From positions 1-58,908 of the forward strand of contig JBAPSB010000371.1 of the NCBI GenBank assembly GCA_049281435.1: a stretch of 58,908 nucleotides of DNA, given 5' to 3'. The DNA is from Desulfobacterales bacterium (GTDB lineage Bacteria > Desulfobacterota > Desulfobacteria > Desulfobacterales > SG8-13). This document shows, piece by piece, positions 39,472 to 48,551 of this stretch (positions are counted from its first letter, which is position 1; each line of letters opens with the position of its first letter). The notes beneath the pieces were generated by a model. It worked only from the letters and a program-made list of their open reading frames with translations. It was not told the DNA's origin and did no database searches. The translations under genes were made by a program, and so were the position numbers.

Positions 39472-41532
39472 ATGGCAAATACCACGGAACGCTCACTTCA
39501 TCATCATCTCGGCGCCGTCAAAGAGGGGCGTCGCAGTTTTGAAAATGCCTTCCAGGGCGTGGCGCGCATGATACTGGAAAGCGACATCAACAAGGTGGTC
39601 GTCAACGGCAAAACGACTTACGATTTCAGCATTTTTCGGACCGGTAAAAAACATGTGATCGGCATGTACGACGAGATCAACAGCTTTGTCTCCTACGTCA
39701 AGGATGCTTCCGAAGGCGGTTCATCCAAAGAAATGGCCTTTATTCTGGTCGGTGAGCCGGGCAACGGCAAAACTTACCTGGTCGATTTCCTGTGCACGAA
39801 ATACCGCGAATTTTTGTCCGACGACAAGAACCGCAAATACACCTTCAAGTTCCGCAAGATCGACACGCTGCAAAGCTACGGCCGCATCACGACCATCGAA
39901 TCGCAGACCTACGAAGATCCGATGATACTGGCCATGAACCTCTTCGAAGAACCGGCGGCCAACAAGGACTACCTGGCCAGGTCAATCGGCTTCTCGGACA
40001 ACGAAATCGAGACCCTCTACGAAAATTATCGCCCGCTGGGGGCTTGCAGCGGCTACATACTCAACGACATCCGCACCGCGGCCGATGGCGATACCGACCG
40101 GATGCTGGAGTTCGTCGAGATCGTGCCGGTGCCGCTGACCGAAAGCCTCGGCACCGTCACGGGCAAATACCCGGCCAAGGACAAGATCACCTCCTCGGCA
40201 GTCGATCTTCTGGGTGAGGAATCGATCCAGCGCCTGCTGCATATCACCGACACCAACAATCCCTACCGTTTCGACCTGCGGCGCGGGGCCCTGGCGCGGG
40301 TCGCCGGCGGCGGCATCCATTTCAGCGACGAGATCTACAAGAACAAGAAAGACCTGGTGCAGGTTTACCTGGGCGTGATCCAGAACCGGAACATCGAGAT
40401 CGACGGCTACAAATGGCCGATCGACACCCTGATCGTCGCCACCAGCAACAACTCGGAGTTTCACCGGTTTCTGGCCGAAAAAGAGGAAGCGCCGATCGTC
40501 GACCGCTGCCGGATCTGCTATGTTTCCCACAACACCAACTACAAGCTGCAAAAAGATCTCACCCAGTATGCCATCGGCAGCGAGACCCGGACCACCATCA
40601 ACCGCGAGTACCTGCACCAGGACCCGAGCCTGATCTATGCCGCTTCGGTGGCGGCGGTGCTGACGCGCCTGGCACGTTCCGAAAAGCTCACGCCGGTGGA
40701 GACCATGAAGCTGGCCGCCGGCGAGGTGGCCGGCGAAAAGAGCATCAAAACCCTGGCGGAGGTCATCGACACGCTCAACCAGGATCCCGAGATCATCAAC
40801 CGCTTCGGGCAGAAGGGCCTCGGGCAGCGGAACCTGGGCCGCGCCATCCAGCTTCTAATGGAAAGCTCGGAAACCAACGAGGGCCAGTGCATGTTTGCCT
40901 ACGACATCTTCAAGGCCTTAGAGCGCGTGATCCTGGATTACGTCACCGATGCCAGCGACCGGGCCAAGTACATCGAGGACCTCAAGATTGCCAAGGGGCT
41001 CTACCGCGAGCGGATCATGACTGAAATGTTCAACGCCTACATGGACGAGCCGCTCGCCATCCGCAAGGACGTGATGAACTATGTCAACATGATCATCGGC
41101 ATCGATGCCGAAAACCTGGGTGCGGACAAGATGTGGAAGTACAAGGACCCGCAGAGCGGGGAGCTGAAGGCGCTCAAAATCGACGAGCGCTTCATCAACA
41201 GCGTCGAGGACCGCCTCGGCCTGAAGACCGAAGAACAGCGGGAAACCTTCCGGACCTCGATCCGCAAGATCTACGGGCAAAAGATTTCGGTCGATCCGGA
41301 CTATGACTTCATGGACAACCTGGAACTGGTCAAGGCCGTCACCGACGTGCGGCTGAAGTCGGATATCGCCGGCGCCGGCAGCCTGATCGGCGCGCTGGCC
41401 AACCGGACCAACGAAGAAAACCAGAAACTCTACGACCGCATGGTCGACACCATGCTCAACAAGCTGGGCTATTGCAAGACGTGCGCGCAGAAGACGATTG
41501 AGTATTTCTGCACCCAGGAAGACGAGAATTGA
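39472..41532 (+). CDS. prkA: PrkA/YeaG-family AAA+ serine protein kinase
   Basis: Walker A GEPGNGKT. About 686 aa from MANTTERSL (GGGGAGG SD). N- and C-terminal PrkA-type blocks. Followed by yeaH and spoVR. Confidence 0.92.
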   Translation: MANTTERSLHHHLGAVKEGRRSFENAFQGVARMILESDINKVVVNGKTTYDFSIFRTGKKHVIGMYDEINSFVSYVKDASEGGSSKEMAFILVGEPGNGKTYLVDFLCTKYREFLSDDKNRKYTFKFRKIDTLQSYGRITTIESQTYEDPMILAMNLFEEPAANKDYLARSIGFSDNEIETLYENYRPLGACSGYILNDIRTAADGDTDRMLEFVEIVPVPLTESLGTVTGKYPAKDKITSSAVDLLGEESIQRLLHITDTNNPYRFDLRRGALARVAGGGIHFSDEIYKNKKDLVQVYLGVIQNRNIEIDGYKWPIDTLIVATSNNSEFHRFLAEKEEAPIVDRCRICYVSHNTNYKLQKDLTQYAIGSETRTTINREYLHQDPSLIYAASVAAVLTRLARSEKLTPVETMKLAAGEVAGEKSIKTLAEVIDTLNQDPEIINRFGQKGLGQRNLGRAIQLLMESSETNEGQCMFAYDIFKALERVILDYVTDASDRAKYIEDLKIAKGLYRERIMTEMFNAYMDEPLAIRKDVMNYVNMIIGIDAENLGADKMWKYKDPQSGELKALKIDERFINSVEDRLGLKTEEQRETFRTSIRKIYGQKISVDPDYDFMDNLELVKAVTDVRLKSDIAGAGSLIGALANRTNEENQKLYDRMVDTMLNKLGYCKTCAQKTIEYFCTQEDEN

Positions 41533-41663
41533 CGTGCAGGGACGCACCATTTTTCCGACAGGCGGCGTTCTCCGCGGGATTAAGCCTGCGGCGTACTCAC
41601 GTACGCCTCGGCTTAATCCCTTGTGCGGCCTTGCCTGTCGAAAAAATGGAACGCCCCTGCACG
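41533..41663. repeat. Family-1-related 131-nt imperfect palindrome immediately after the prkA stop
   Basis: Arms CGTGCAGGG...CCATTTTT-CCGACAGGC...GGGATTAAGCC...GCGTAC pair with their complement around the centre TCAC. Its core resembles the cores of 5147..5329 and 17827..18021. Confidence 0.85.
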
Positions 41664-41834
41664 CCAATTTCGCAAAAAGGAACTCAGGTGGTCCCAAATA
41701 TATTACGCCCGATGGCGACGTTGTCCCGCGGATCGAAATGCTCACGTACCCGATGTACGCTCCGCTTTCAATCGCCGGGACGCCTTGCCCTCGAACGCGA
41801 TCCAAGGCTTTTGAAGCCACTTTAGAGCCAAGGC

Positions 41835-41880
41835 GACATTTTTTCCGACAGGCGGCGTTCTCCGCGGGGTTAAGCCTGCG
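41835..41880 (+). repeat. Direct duplicate of the left arm of the 41533..41663 palindrome
   Basis: CATTTTTTCCGACAGGCGGCGTTCTCCGCGGGGTTAAGCCTGCG is almost identical to 41547..41590. Confidence 0.8.
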
Positions 41881-41944
41881 AAGTTTCGAAACTGGAAACT
41901 CGCAACGCAAAACCCGTAACACCAAACACTAAACACCAAACCCC

Positions 41945-43336
41945 ATGGCAACGAAAAACGACATAGACGCTGGTCTCGAGGCGGATGGACGAAGTTCCGA
42001 ACAAGAGCGAATCATCGCCGCGGAACTAAACGATACCCGGCCGCACGAGGTGGCCGGAGAACCGGCGGCGCCGGCTGCGGGCGATGCCATGGGCACGGGT
42101 CCGGCGACCGTCTACCAGTTCTACGACCTGATCCACCTGCAGGCCCTGGCGGCGATGCGCGGCACTTACAGCGCGGTGGTGCGCTCCATCGACGAACTGC
42201 TGGAACGCGACCGCCTGCGGGAAAAAGACGGCTTTCCGCGCAAGATTAACGTCGGCCGGCTCATCAAGCCGGGCAAGGGCGGCAAGACCAAGGTGGTCAT
42301 CGTCCCCACGACGGTCGAGGAAAAATTCATCCACGATCCTTCCTTCAAGGACACCGAAAAAGGCGAGGGCGATGCTTCCGGTGGTGTCGGCGATGGCGAA
42401 GAGGGCGAGGTCATCGGCGAGCAGCCGGTGCGCTCGCCCGAGGGTCAGGGTGCCGGTCCCGGTCAAGGCGAGGGCGGCGGCCACGAGTTGGAGTCCGACG
42501 CCTACGATCTGGGGAAAATTCTGACCGAGAAGTTCGCACTGCCCAACCTCAAGGAAAAGGGCAAGAAACGCTCGCTCACCCGCTACACTTACGATCTCAC
42601 CGATAAGCACCGCGGCTTCGGCCAGTTTCTCGACAAGAAGGCCACCCTGCGTAAAATCGTCGAAACCAACATCCACCTCGGTAACATCCCGGACCTGGAT
42701 GACATCGACCCGACCGGATTCCTGGTGTCGCCCGCCGACCGGATTTTTCGGATTCTGTCGCGCGAAAAGGATTACGAATCCCAGGCCATGGTTTTTTTCG
42801 TGCGGGATTACTCCGGCTCGATGTCCGGCAAGGCCACCGAACTGGTGGTGGCCCAGCATGTACTGATTTACAGCTGGCTGCTCTACCAGTACGACATGCA
42901 GGTCGAAACCCGCTTTATCCTGCACGACACCGACGCCAAGGAAGTCGCTGATTTCTACACGTATTACAATTCCACGGTGGCGGGCGGCACCCAGGTCGCT
43001 TCGGCCTACCGCATGGTGAATGCCATCGTCGACAAAGAAAACCTGGAACGGGATTACAACATCTATGTTTTTCACGGCACCGACGGCGACGACTGGGACA
43101 CCGACGGCAAGGAGTCGCTGCCGGAGCTGAAGAAAATGCTCGTTTACGCCAGCCGGGTGGGAATCACCATCGCCGAACAAGGCACTCGTTTTGTCAAGAG
43201 CAGTGAAGTCGAGCGCTACATCAAAAAATCGGGGCTGCTCGAAAAAAATCCGGCCCTGCTGCGTATCGATGTCTTGAAGCAGGATGCCGATGAGCAGCGC
43301 TTGATCGAGGGCATAAAAAAGCTGATATCGGAATAA
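41945..43336 (+). CDS. yeaH: YeaH/YhbH-family (DUF444) protein
   Basis: 463 aa. Gly/Glu/Asp-rich linker (GEGDASGGVGDGEEGE...GQGEGGG). C-terminal vWA-like region FFVRDYSGSM ... VFHGTDGDDWD. Confidence 0.9.
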   Translation: MATKNDIDAGLEADGRSSEQERIIAAELNDTRPHEVAGEPAAPAAGDAMGTGPATVYQFYDLIHLQALAAMRGTYSAVVRSIDELLERDRLREKDGFPRKINVGRLIKPGKGGKTKVVIVPTTVEEKFIHDPSFKDTEKGEGDASGGVGDGEEGEVIGEQPVRSPEGQGAGPGQGEGGGHELESDAYDLGKILTEKFALPNLKEKGKKRSLTRYTYDLTDKHRGFGQFLDKKATLRKIVETNIHLGNIPDLDDIDPTGFLVSPADRIFRILSREKDYESQAMVFFVRDYSGSMSGKATELVVAQHVLIYSWLLYQYDMQVETRFILHDTDAKEVADFYTYYNSTVAGGTQVASAYRMVNAIVDKENLERDYNIYVFHGTDGDDWDTDGKESLPELKKMLVYASRVGITIAEQGTRFVKSSEVERYIKKSGLLEKNPALLRIDVLKQDADEQRLIEGIKKLISE

Positions 43337-43436
43337 TCATCGGCGATCTCAATCCTTTTCGATAAGGTTTCCACGGGCCGACTGTCAGGGGGTGTTAATA
43401 ATACCGTGATCGATGATTATAAAAATAAATCCAGGG

Positions 43437-43508
43437 CCAACTAAACGGCCAACGGACTCAACGGGAAAACCGGCCAACGGACAAACCGGCCAACGGGCAA
43501 ACTGACCC
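43437..43508 (+). repeat. AAC-periodic (about 8-nt period) array abutting the spoVR start
   Basis: CCAACTAAACGGCCAACGGACTCAACGGGAAAACCGGCCAACGGACAAACCGGCCAACGGGCAAAC. It shares AACCGGCCAACGGACAAACCGGC with 28613..28703. Confidence 0.8.
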
Positions 43509-45137
43509 ATGGAACTAATCGACCAGCACACCAAGAAGATAATGGAGGGATGCAAGGAACGGGCGCTGGCGGCGGGGTTGCGGTTCGAGAAGGAAAGCCT
43601 CGAGTACATCGTGACCAACCGCGACCTGCTGGAACTCACGCCCAAGGTGATGATCCCGACGCTCTACGATTACTGGGTCCACGATGTGGAGGTTCTCAAA
43701 GAAAAAGGCCGCTACGAACTTTATCCCAGCAATCCCTACGAAACCGTCATCAACACCCGCCCGGCCATCTCGTATTACAATGACAACAATCCGGACTGGA
43801 TGAATGTCATGATTTTCTACCACGTGCTGGGACACATCGACTTCTTCCAGAACAATCTTTACTTCCGCCACACCTGGGATTACGATTTCACCGGGCGGGC
43901 GCTTTCCGACAAACGCCTGATCGCCGCTCTGCGGTCCGAGAAGGGGCGGTGGGTGGATTACATCATCGAGTTCACCCGCAGCATCGACAACCTGGTGGGC
44001 TACCACCACGAACTGTCGCAACTGGACCGCCCGCCCATCATCGACGGCTCGAAGCGGTTGAACTACTATTTCGACGTTTTTTTGCAGGATGTGCGCAACG
44101 TCAGGGTTGGTGAATACATCAAGGAAATCGAACGCTACAACGGCTGTATCCGCGACGAGGGCCGGCGGGGGATAAAAACATTTTTTGCCGAAGTCGCCCG
44201 AACCCACCCTGAATTCGATTCGCTGTTTAAAAAAAACCTGCGGGAAAAAAACAGCACCAAACCGGACCTGATTCAATATCTGGCGGAAAACTCCGATTTT
44301 CTGAACAAGGAAAAAAACAGCTGGATGAAGTCGGTCATGGAAGTCGTGCGCAACACTTCCGTGTTTTTTCAGCCGCAGATCCGGACCAAAATCATGAACG
44401 AGGGCTGGGCCAGCTACTGGCATGAGAAGCTTTTTCTGCAGGACGACCGGATCCGGGGGCACGAAGTCGATTTCGCCCGCACCCATGCCGGGGTGACGTC
44501 GCTGCCGCGGGTCGGGCTGAATCCATACGCCCTGGGCATGCGGCTTTTTTACTACATCGAGGACCTTGGAAACAAAGGCAAATACACCACCCGCTATCGG
44601 CGGCTTAGCGATGCCGGCCAGCGCGAGCGGTATGACGCCCACGCCGCCAAAGGCCAGGAGCTTATTTTCAGCGTCCGGGCGAGCTTCTGCGACTTCACCT
44701 TCATCAACACCTTCGTCGACCAGGACTTTGTCAGCCGCAACAAACTTTTTGTGGCCGGCAAGCGCCTGAACCAGGAGCGGATGGTCTGGGAATACTATGT
44801 CAAGAGCCGCAGGGCCGTGGATTACCGCCAAATGCTCGTGGACGGCCTGTACCACCCGCCCCACATCACGATCGACCCGAAGAAACGGGACGGGAACGTC
44901 CTTTACCTGGTGCACCACTTCGAGGGCAAACCACTGGTCCGGGACTTTATCGGCAACACGATGATCGGCCTCGAATACCTCTGGGGCGGGACGGTGAAAC
45001 TGGAAACAAGCGAGGTCGTCGCGACCCGGGATGCCGCCGCGCAGCAAGAAAAGGCAGGCCCGGCCGAAATCCGCTGGGAACGGGTGCTGTACACGGTGAA
45101 AGACCGCAAACTCGCCCGGGAAGTGATAGCCGATTAA
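43509..45137 (+). CDS. spoVR: SpoVR/YcgB-family protein
   Basis: 542 aa with family-typical blocks (YHVLGHIDFFQNN, NEGWASYWH). Third member of the prkA-yeaH-spoVR triad. Confidence 0.9.
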   Translation: MELIDQHTKKIMEGCKERALAAGLRFEKESLEYIVTNRDLLELTPKVMIPTLYDYWVHDVEVLKEKGRYELYPSNPYETVINTRPAISYYNDNNPDWMNVMIFYHVLGHIDFFQNNLYFRHTWDYDFTGRALSDKRLIAALRSEKGRWVDYIIEFTRSIDNLVGYHHELSQLDRPPIIDGSKRLNYYFDVFLQDVRNVRVGEYIKEIERYNGCIRDEGRRGIKTFFAEVARTHPEFDSLFKKNLREKNSTKPDLIQYLAENSDFLNKEKNSWMKSVMEVVRNTSVFFQPQIRTKIMNEGWASYWHEKLFLQDDRIRGHEVDFARTHAGVTSLPRVGLNPYALGMRLFYYIEDLGNKGKYTTRYRRLSDAGQRERYDAHAAKGQELIFSVRASFCDFTFINTFVDQDFVSRNKLFVAGKRLNQERMVWEYYVKSRRAVDYRQMLVDGLYHPPHITIDPKKRDGNVLYLVHHFEGKPLVRDFIGNTMIGLEYLWGGTVKLETSEVVATRDAAAQQEKAGPAEIRWERVLYTVKDRKLAREVIAD

Positions 45138-45238
45138 CCCTACAATGCAACTTATGAAATTCAACACTATATGTTGCGGTTAACTCTTAAACTCAACCGC
45201 TATATATTGATTCAAAAACTGTAAATGACGTTGTAGGG

Positions 45239-45377
45239 TTAAGGGCTCACTCAATAATAACTTCACATTTCAGATGTCGATCCATCCCGTCCAGCGGTCG
45301 GTGCGAAAACTCGGAATATCCGGATATTCCTGCGTTTTCGCGCCTTGCCAGTCGGGCGTCTCAACACCTGTAAATTA
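45239..45377 (+). repeat. Family-2 MITE-like element, copy 2 (right end truncated)
   Basis: Collinear with 9281..~9420, including the perfect central palindrome GGAATATCCGGATATTCC. It lacks the right TIR and ends ~40 nt before the prkA-like ATG. Confidence 0.85.
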
Positions 45378-45417
45378 AAATCTTGGCGAGTGCGCTCCAA
45401 GCCGGGGAGAAAAATCC

Positions 45418-47784
45418 ATGTCCGAGGGCAGTGAATCGATCACAACCGCGCAAGACCCCCCCCCGGGTTCGGGGCCGGAAGGCGAGAACAACGCCGATCG
45501 CCTGCAGTCGGCCGTGGCGAACCTCGACCGCAGCCTGAGCTGCCGGGACCAACGGGCGCCCATCTCTTTCGATGCCTACCTGAAGAAGCTCACCGAAATG
45601 CCCGAGGTCGTGATCCGCAATATCTTCCAGGTATTTCACGACATGGTGAAGACCTACGTGGGCCGGGGCCACGACGAGTACCCGAACGATCCGGAATCGA
45701 TCAGCTTTATCTGCTATGACTGCGGCAGGCTCTTCGTCGTCGGGGTCGACCACCCCTTTTTCGCCGACCGCCTTTTTGCCAACCGGTTGATAAGCCTCGT
45801 CGAGGCCATGAGGAGCGGGGCGCAGCAGAATAAGATCTACATTTTTCGCGGCCCCCACGGCTGCGGGAAGAGCACTTTTCTCAACAACCTGTTGATGAAG
45901 TTTGAAGAATACAACAACACCGACAAGGGGCTGCGCTATGAAACGATCTGGCGGCTGTACCCCAAGATGCTGGGTGATTTTGCGGAAAACCAGGCCGTTT
46001 CGCTGGTCGACGCCCTCGCGCCGCTCCAGGAGCGGCTCGGCCGGGAGCAATACGACCTGCTGCGAATGCAGAGCCTGCTGAACCTGAACGACGAGTTCGT
46101 CGAAGTCTCCTGCCCGAGCCACGACAACCCGTTGCTGGTGATTCCCAAATCCTACCGGCGCACGTTTTTCGACGAACTCTTCGAAAACGATGAATTCAAG
46201 TGGAAACTCTTTACCGAAAAAGAGTATGAATGGGTGTTCCGGGACAAAGCTTGTACGATCTGCAGTTCGCTTTTCCAGGCCCTGCTCGACCGGCTCGACA
46301 GCCCGCGCAAGGTCTTCGACATGATCTATGCACGGCCCTACCGGTTCGACCGGCGCCAGGGCGAGGGAATCAGTGTTTACAATCCCGGCGACCGCCCGCT
46401 GCGGCAAATCACCCTCAGCAACCCCTTTATCCAGGGCCGGATCAACACCCTGCTGAGGGACAGCAATCAGGTCCGGTACATTTTTTCACAGTATGCCAAA
46501 ACCAACAACGGCATCTACGCGCTCATGGATGTGAAGTCTCACAACACCGAGCGCATGATCGAACTGCACAACATCATCAGCGAGGGCATTCACAAGGTCG
46601 AGGATATCGAAGAAAGCGTCAACTCGCTGCTGATAGCGGTGATGAACCCGGAAGACCAGAAAAACATCGCCGATTTTCAGTCTTTTTCCGACCGGATCGA
46701 ATACATCAACATTCCCTACGTGATGGACCTGAACACGGAGGTGGAAATTTACCGCAACATCTTCGGCAAGCATATCGATGATAATTTTCTGCCGCGGGTG
46801 CTGCATAATTTTGCACGGGTGATCATCTCCACCCGGTTGAACACACGCTCGGATGCAATGCTGGAATGGATCGGCGATCCGGACAAATACCGGCTTTACT
46901 GCGACGAAAACCTGCAGCTGCTTAAAATGGAAATCTACACCGGCTATATCCCCAATTGGCTCAGCGAGGATGACCGCAAGCGCCTGACGGCCAAACGGCG
47001 GCGTAAAATCATCGCCGAGTCGGAAACCGAAGGCGAACACGGCATATCCGGCCGGGATTCGATCAAGATTTTTAACGACTTCTATTCTTCGTATTCCAAG
47101 GGCAACAAGCTGATCAACATGTCGCAGCTTTGCAATTATTTTACGAAGAGTCGCAAGGAACTCAGCGAGATGATTCCGGGGGGATTCTTGGATTCAATGC
47201 TGCGGATGTACGATTACACTATTCTTCAGGAAGTCAAGGAATCGATCTACTACTATAATGAAGAGCAGATATCGCGCGACATCCAAAACTACCTTTTTGC
47301 AGTCAATTTCGAGCCAGGCGCCGTAGAAACCTGCGCCTACACCGGGGAGCGGCTGGAAGTTTCGGAGGAGTTTTTCGAGAACCTCGAGCGGCGTTTATTG
47401 GGATCCAAGGCCGATACGGACGAACGCAGGCGTTTCCGCGCGGACACCCAGCGCGAGTATACCTCGAAGACACTGACCCAGGAGATGATGGTGGAAGGCA
47501 AGACGCTGACGGCCACGCGGGTTTACGCGTCACTGCACGAGCGCTATGTCTTCAATCTGAAAGAAAAAGTTTTGGATCCGTTTCTCGAAAATGAAAATTT
47601 CCGGCGGGCGATCAAGGATTATGACCAGGAAGATTACAAGACCTATGACAAGAAAATCCGCGATGACGTTAGCTATCTGATCAAAAACCTGTGCAAGAAT
47701 TTTCACTATGCCGAGCAGGGCGCGCAGGAGGTCTGCATCTACGTCATCGACAATGACCTGGCGCGCAAGTTCAACAAAACCTAA
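45418..47784 (+). CDS. Divergent PrkA-like AAA+ protein (second paralogue, 788 aa)
   Basis: Walker A GPHGCGKS in a PrkA-like N-domain (IYIFRGPHGCGKSTFLNNL) and a long PrkA-C-like tail. GGGGAGA SD. Clearly different from the first prkA. Confidence 0.85.
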   Translation: MSEGSESITTAQDPPPGSGPEGENNADRLQSAVANLDRSLSCRDQRAPISFDAYLKKLTEMPEVVIRNIFQVFHDMVKTYVGRGHDEYPNDPESISFICYDCGRLFVVGVDHPFFADRLFANRLISLVEAMRSGAQQNKIYIFRGPHGCGKSTFLNNLLMKFEEYNNTDKGLRYETIWRLYPKMLGDFAENQAVSLVDALAPLQERLGREQYDLLRMQSLLNLNDEFVEVSCPSHDNPLLVIPKSYRRTFFDELFENDEFKWKLFTEKEYEWVFRDKACTICSSLFQALLDRLDSPRKVFDMIYARPYRFDRRQGEGISVYNPGDRPLRQITLSNPFIQGRINTLLRDSNQVRYIFSQYAKTNNGIYALMDVKSHNTERMIELHNIISEGIHKVEDIEESVNSLLIAVMNPEDQKNIADFQSFSDRIEYINIPYVMDLNTEVEIYRNIFGKHIDDNFLPRVLHNFARVIISTRLNTRSDAMLEWIGDPDKYRLYCDENLQLLKMEIYTGYIPNWLSEDDRKRLTAKRRRKIIAESETEGEHGISGRDSIKIFNDFYSSYSKGNKLINMSQLCNYFTKSRKELSEMIPGGFLDSMLRMYDYTILQEVKESIYYYNEEQISRDIQNYLFAVNFEPGAVETCAYTGERLEVSEEFFENLERRLLGSKADTDERRRFRADTQREYTSKTLTQEMMVEGKTLTATRVYASLHERYVFNLKEKVLDPFLENENFRRAIKDYDQEDYKTYDKKIRDDVSYLIKNLCKNFHYAEQGAQEVCIYVIDNDLARKFNKT

Positions 47785-47944
47785 GGGTTCACGAAAAAAT
47801 AAATTCGCAATTTCAGGTGTTGAGGCGCCCGGCCGGCAAGGCGCGAAAACGCAGGAATATTTGGATATTCCGAGTTTTTGTAACGCCGTTGGACGGGATG
47901 GATCGACATCTGAAATGTAAAGTTATTTTTGAGTGAGCCCTAAG
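47781..47944 (-). repeat. Family-2 MITE-like element, full-length copy 3 (inverted relative to copies 1 and 2)
   Basis: Its reverse complement aligns over its full length with 9281..9445. Its TIR CCTAAGGGTTCAC contains the TAA stop (47782..47784) of the prkA-like gene. Confidence 0.9.
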
Positions 47945-48041
47945 CTTCCCCACCGATTTCTTTTATTCCACCCGGCCGCGGCGCCGCAACACAACCAAAG
48001 GCATTTTACCACTTACGGCGCCGGGGACCCGCCAGGCCGAA

Positions 48042-48233
48042 TTACTGCAGTTGCTGACGGGCCGACTTCTGCGCCGGCAGGCAGTCGCAGTATTCATCGA
48101 AGACATAGTACATGCAGCGCTCGGACCCGTTGGCTTTCTCGTAGAAGCAGCAATTTTTCTGCTGGTGACCATTGCCGGCCGCACACACGGACATCATTTT
48201 CTCGCGGCAGTAGCTCAGGTGTCGTTCTTCCAC
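48042..48233 (-). CDS. Cysteine-rich small protein (63 aa, 7 Cys), function unknown
   Basis: GTG start with AAGGGGA upstream. Cys pattern C-x7-C-x10-CC-x10-C-x8-C-x-C. Separated by 318 nt from the upstream operon, with its own candidate promoter. Confidence 0.45.
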   Translation of the reverse strand: MEERHLSYCREKMMSVCAAGNGHQQKNCCFYEKANGSERCMYYVFDEYCDCLPAQKSARQQLQ

Positions 48234-48394
48234 GGTATTTTCCCCTTCATGTTGCGGCGGTGTAAACGTGTTTTAATGCCCCCATCACTTTGGCCTCTTA
48301 TAGTGTTATTGCCTTTCTGCCGGCAATACTTTAGCGGATCGCCCGGTCGGCTGGTTGCACCGGCTTTTGAAAGTCTCGCCGGGGCCCTTGATTG

Positions 48395-48412
48395 AAGCAG
48401 GAAACATGCCAG
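48395..48412 (-). promoter_or_regulatory. Candidate sigma-54 (-24/-12) promoter for the Cys-rich ORF
   Basis: The minus strand reads CTGGCATGTTTCCTGCTT. GG and GC have the consensus spacing (TGGCA-N6-CTGC). About 160 nt upstream of the GTG. Confidence 0.4.
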
Positions 48413-48551
48413 GCAGACGGGCGGATTTGTCAAGGGGATCAGCGCGCCGCACGTGGCGTCCGCAGCGGTGCGGGCGGAAGAAAAAAGACGGCCGCTTACC
48501 GGTGGTGCGCCGCTGGACGTCAAGAAGGTGACGGCCGCGGCGGAAAACCGC

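Noticed and set aside
43515-45167. 550-aa minus-strand ORF covering the whole of spoVR
   Set aside because: It is antisense to a gene with clear SpoVR family blocks. Its composition (many R, G, P, D, V) and lack of motifs are typical of shadow ORFs in G+C-rich DNA.
45239-47944. Interpreting the repeat-flanked prkA-like gene as a bona fide composite transposon
   Set aside because: There is no transposase or recombinase in or near the cassette, one flanking copy is truncated, and I found no target-site duplication. I kept it as a finding worth checking, not as a mobile-element annotation.
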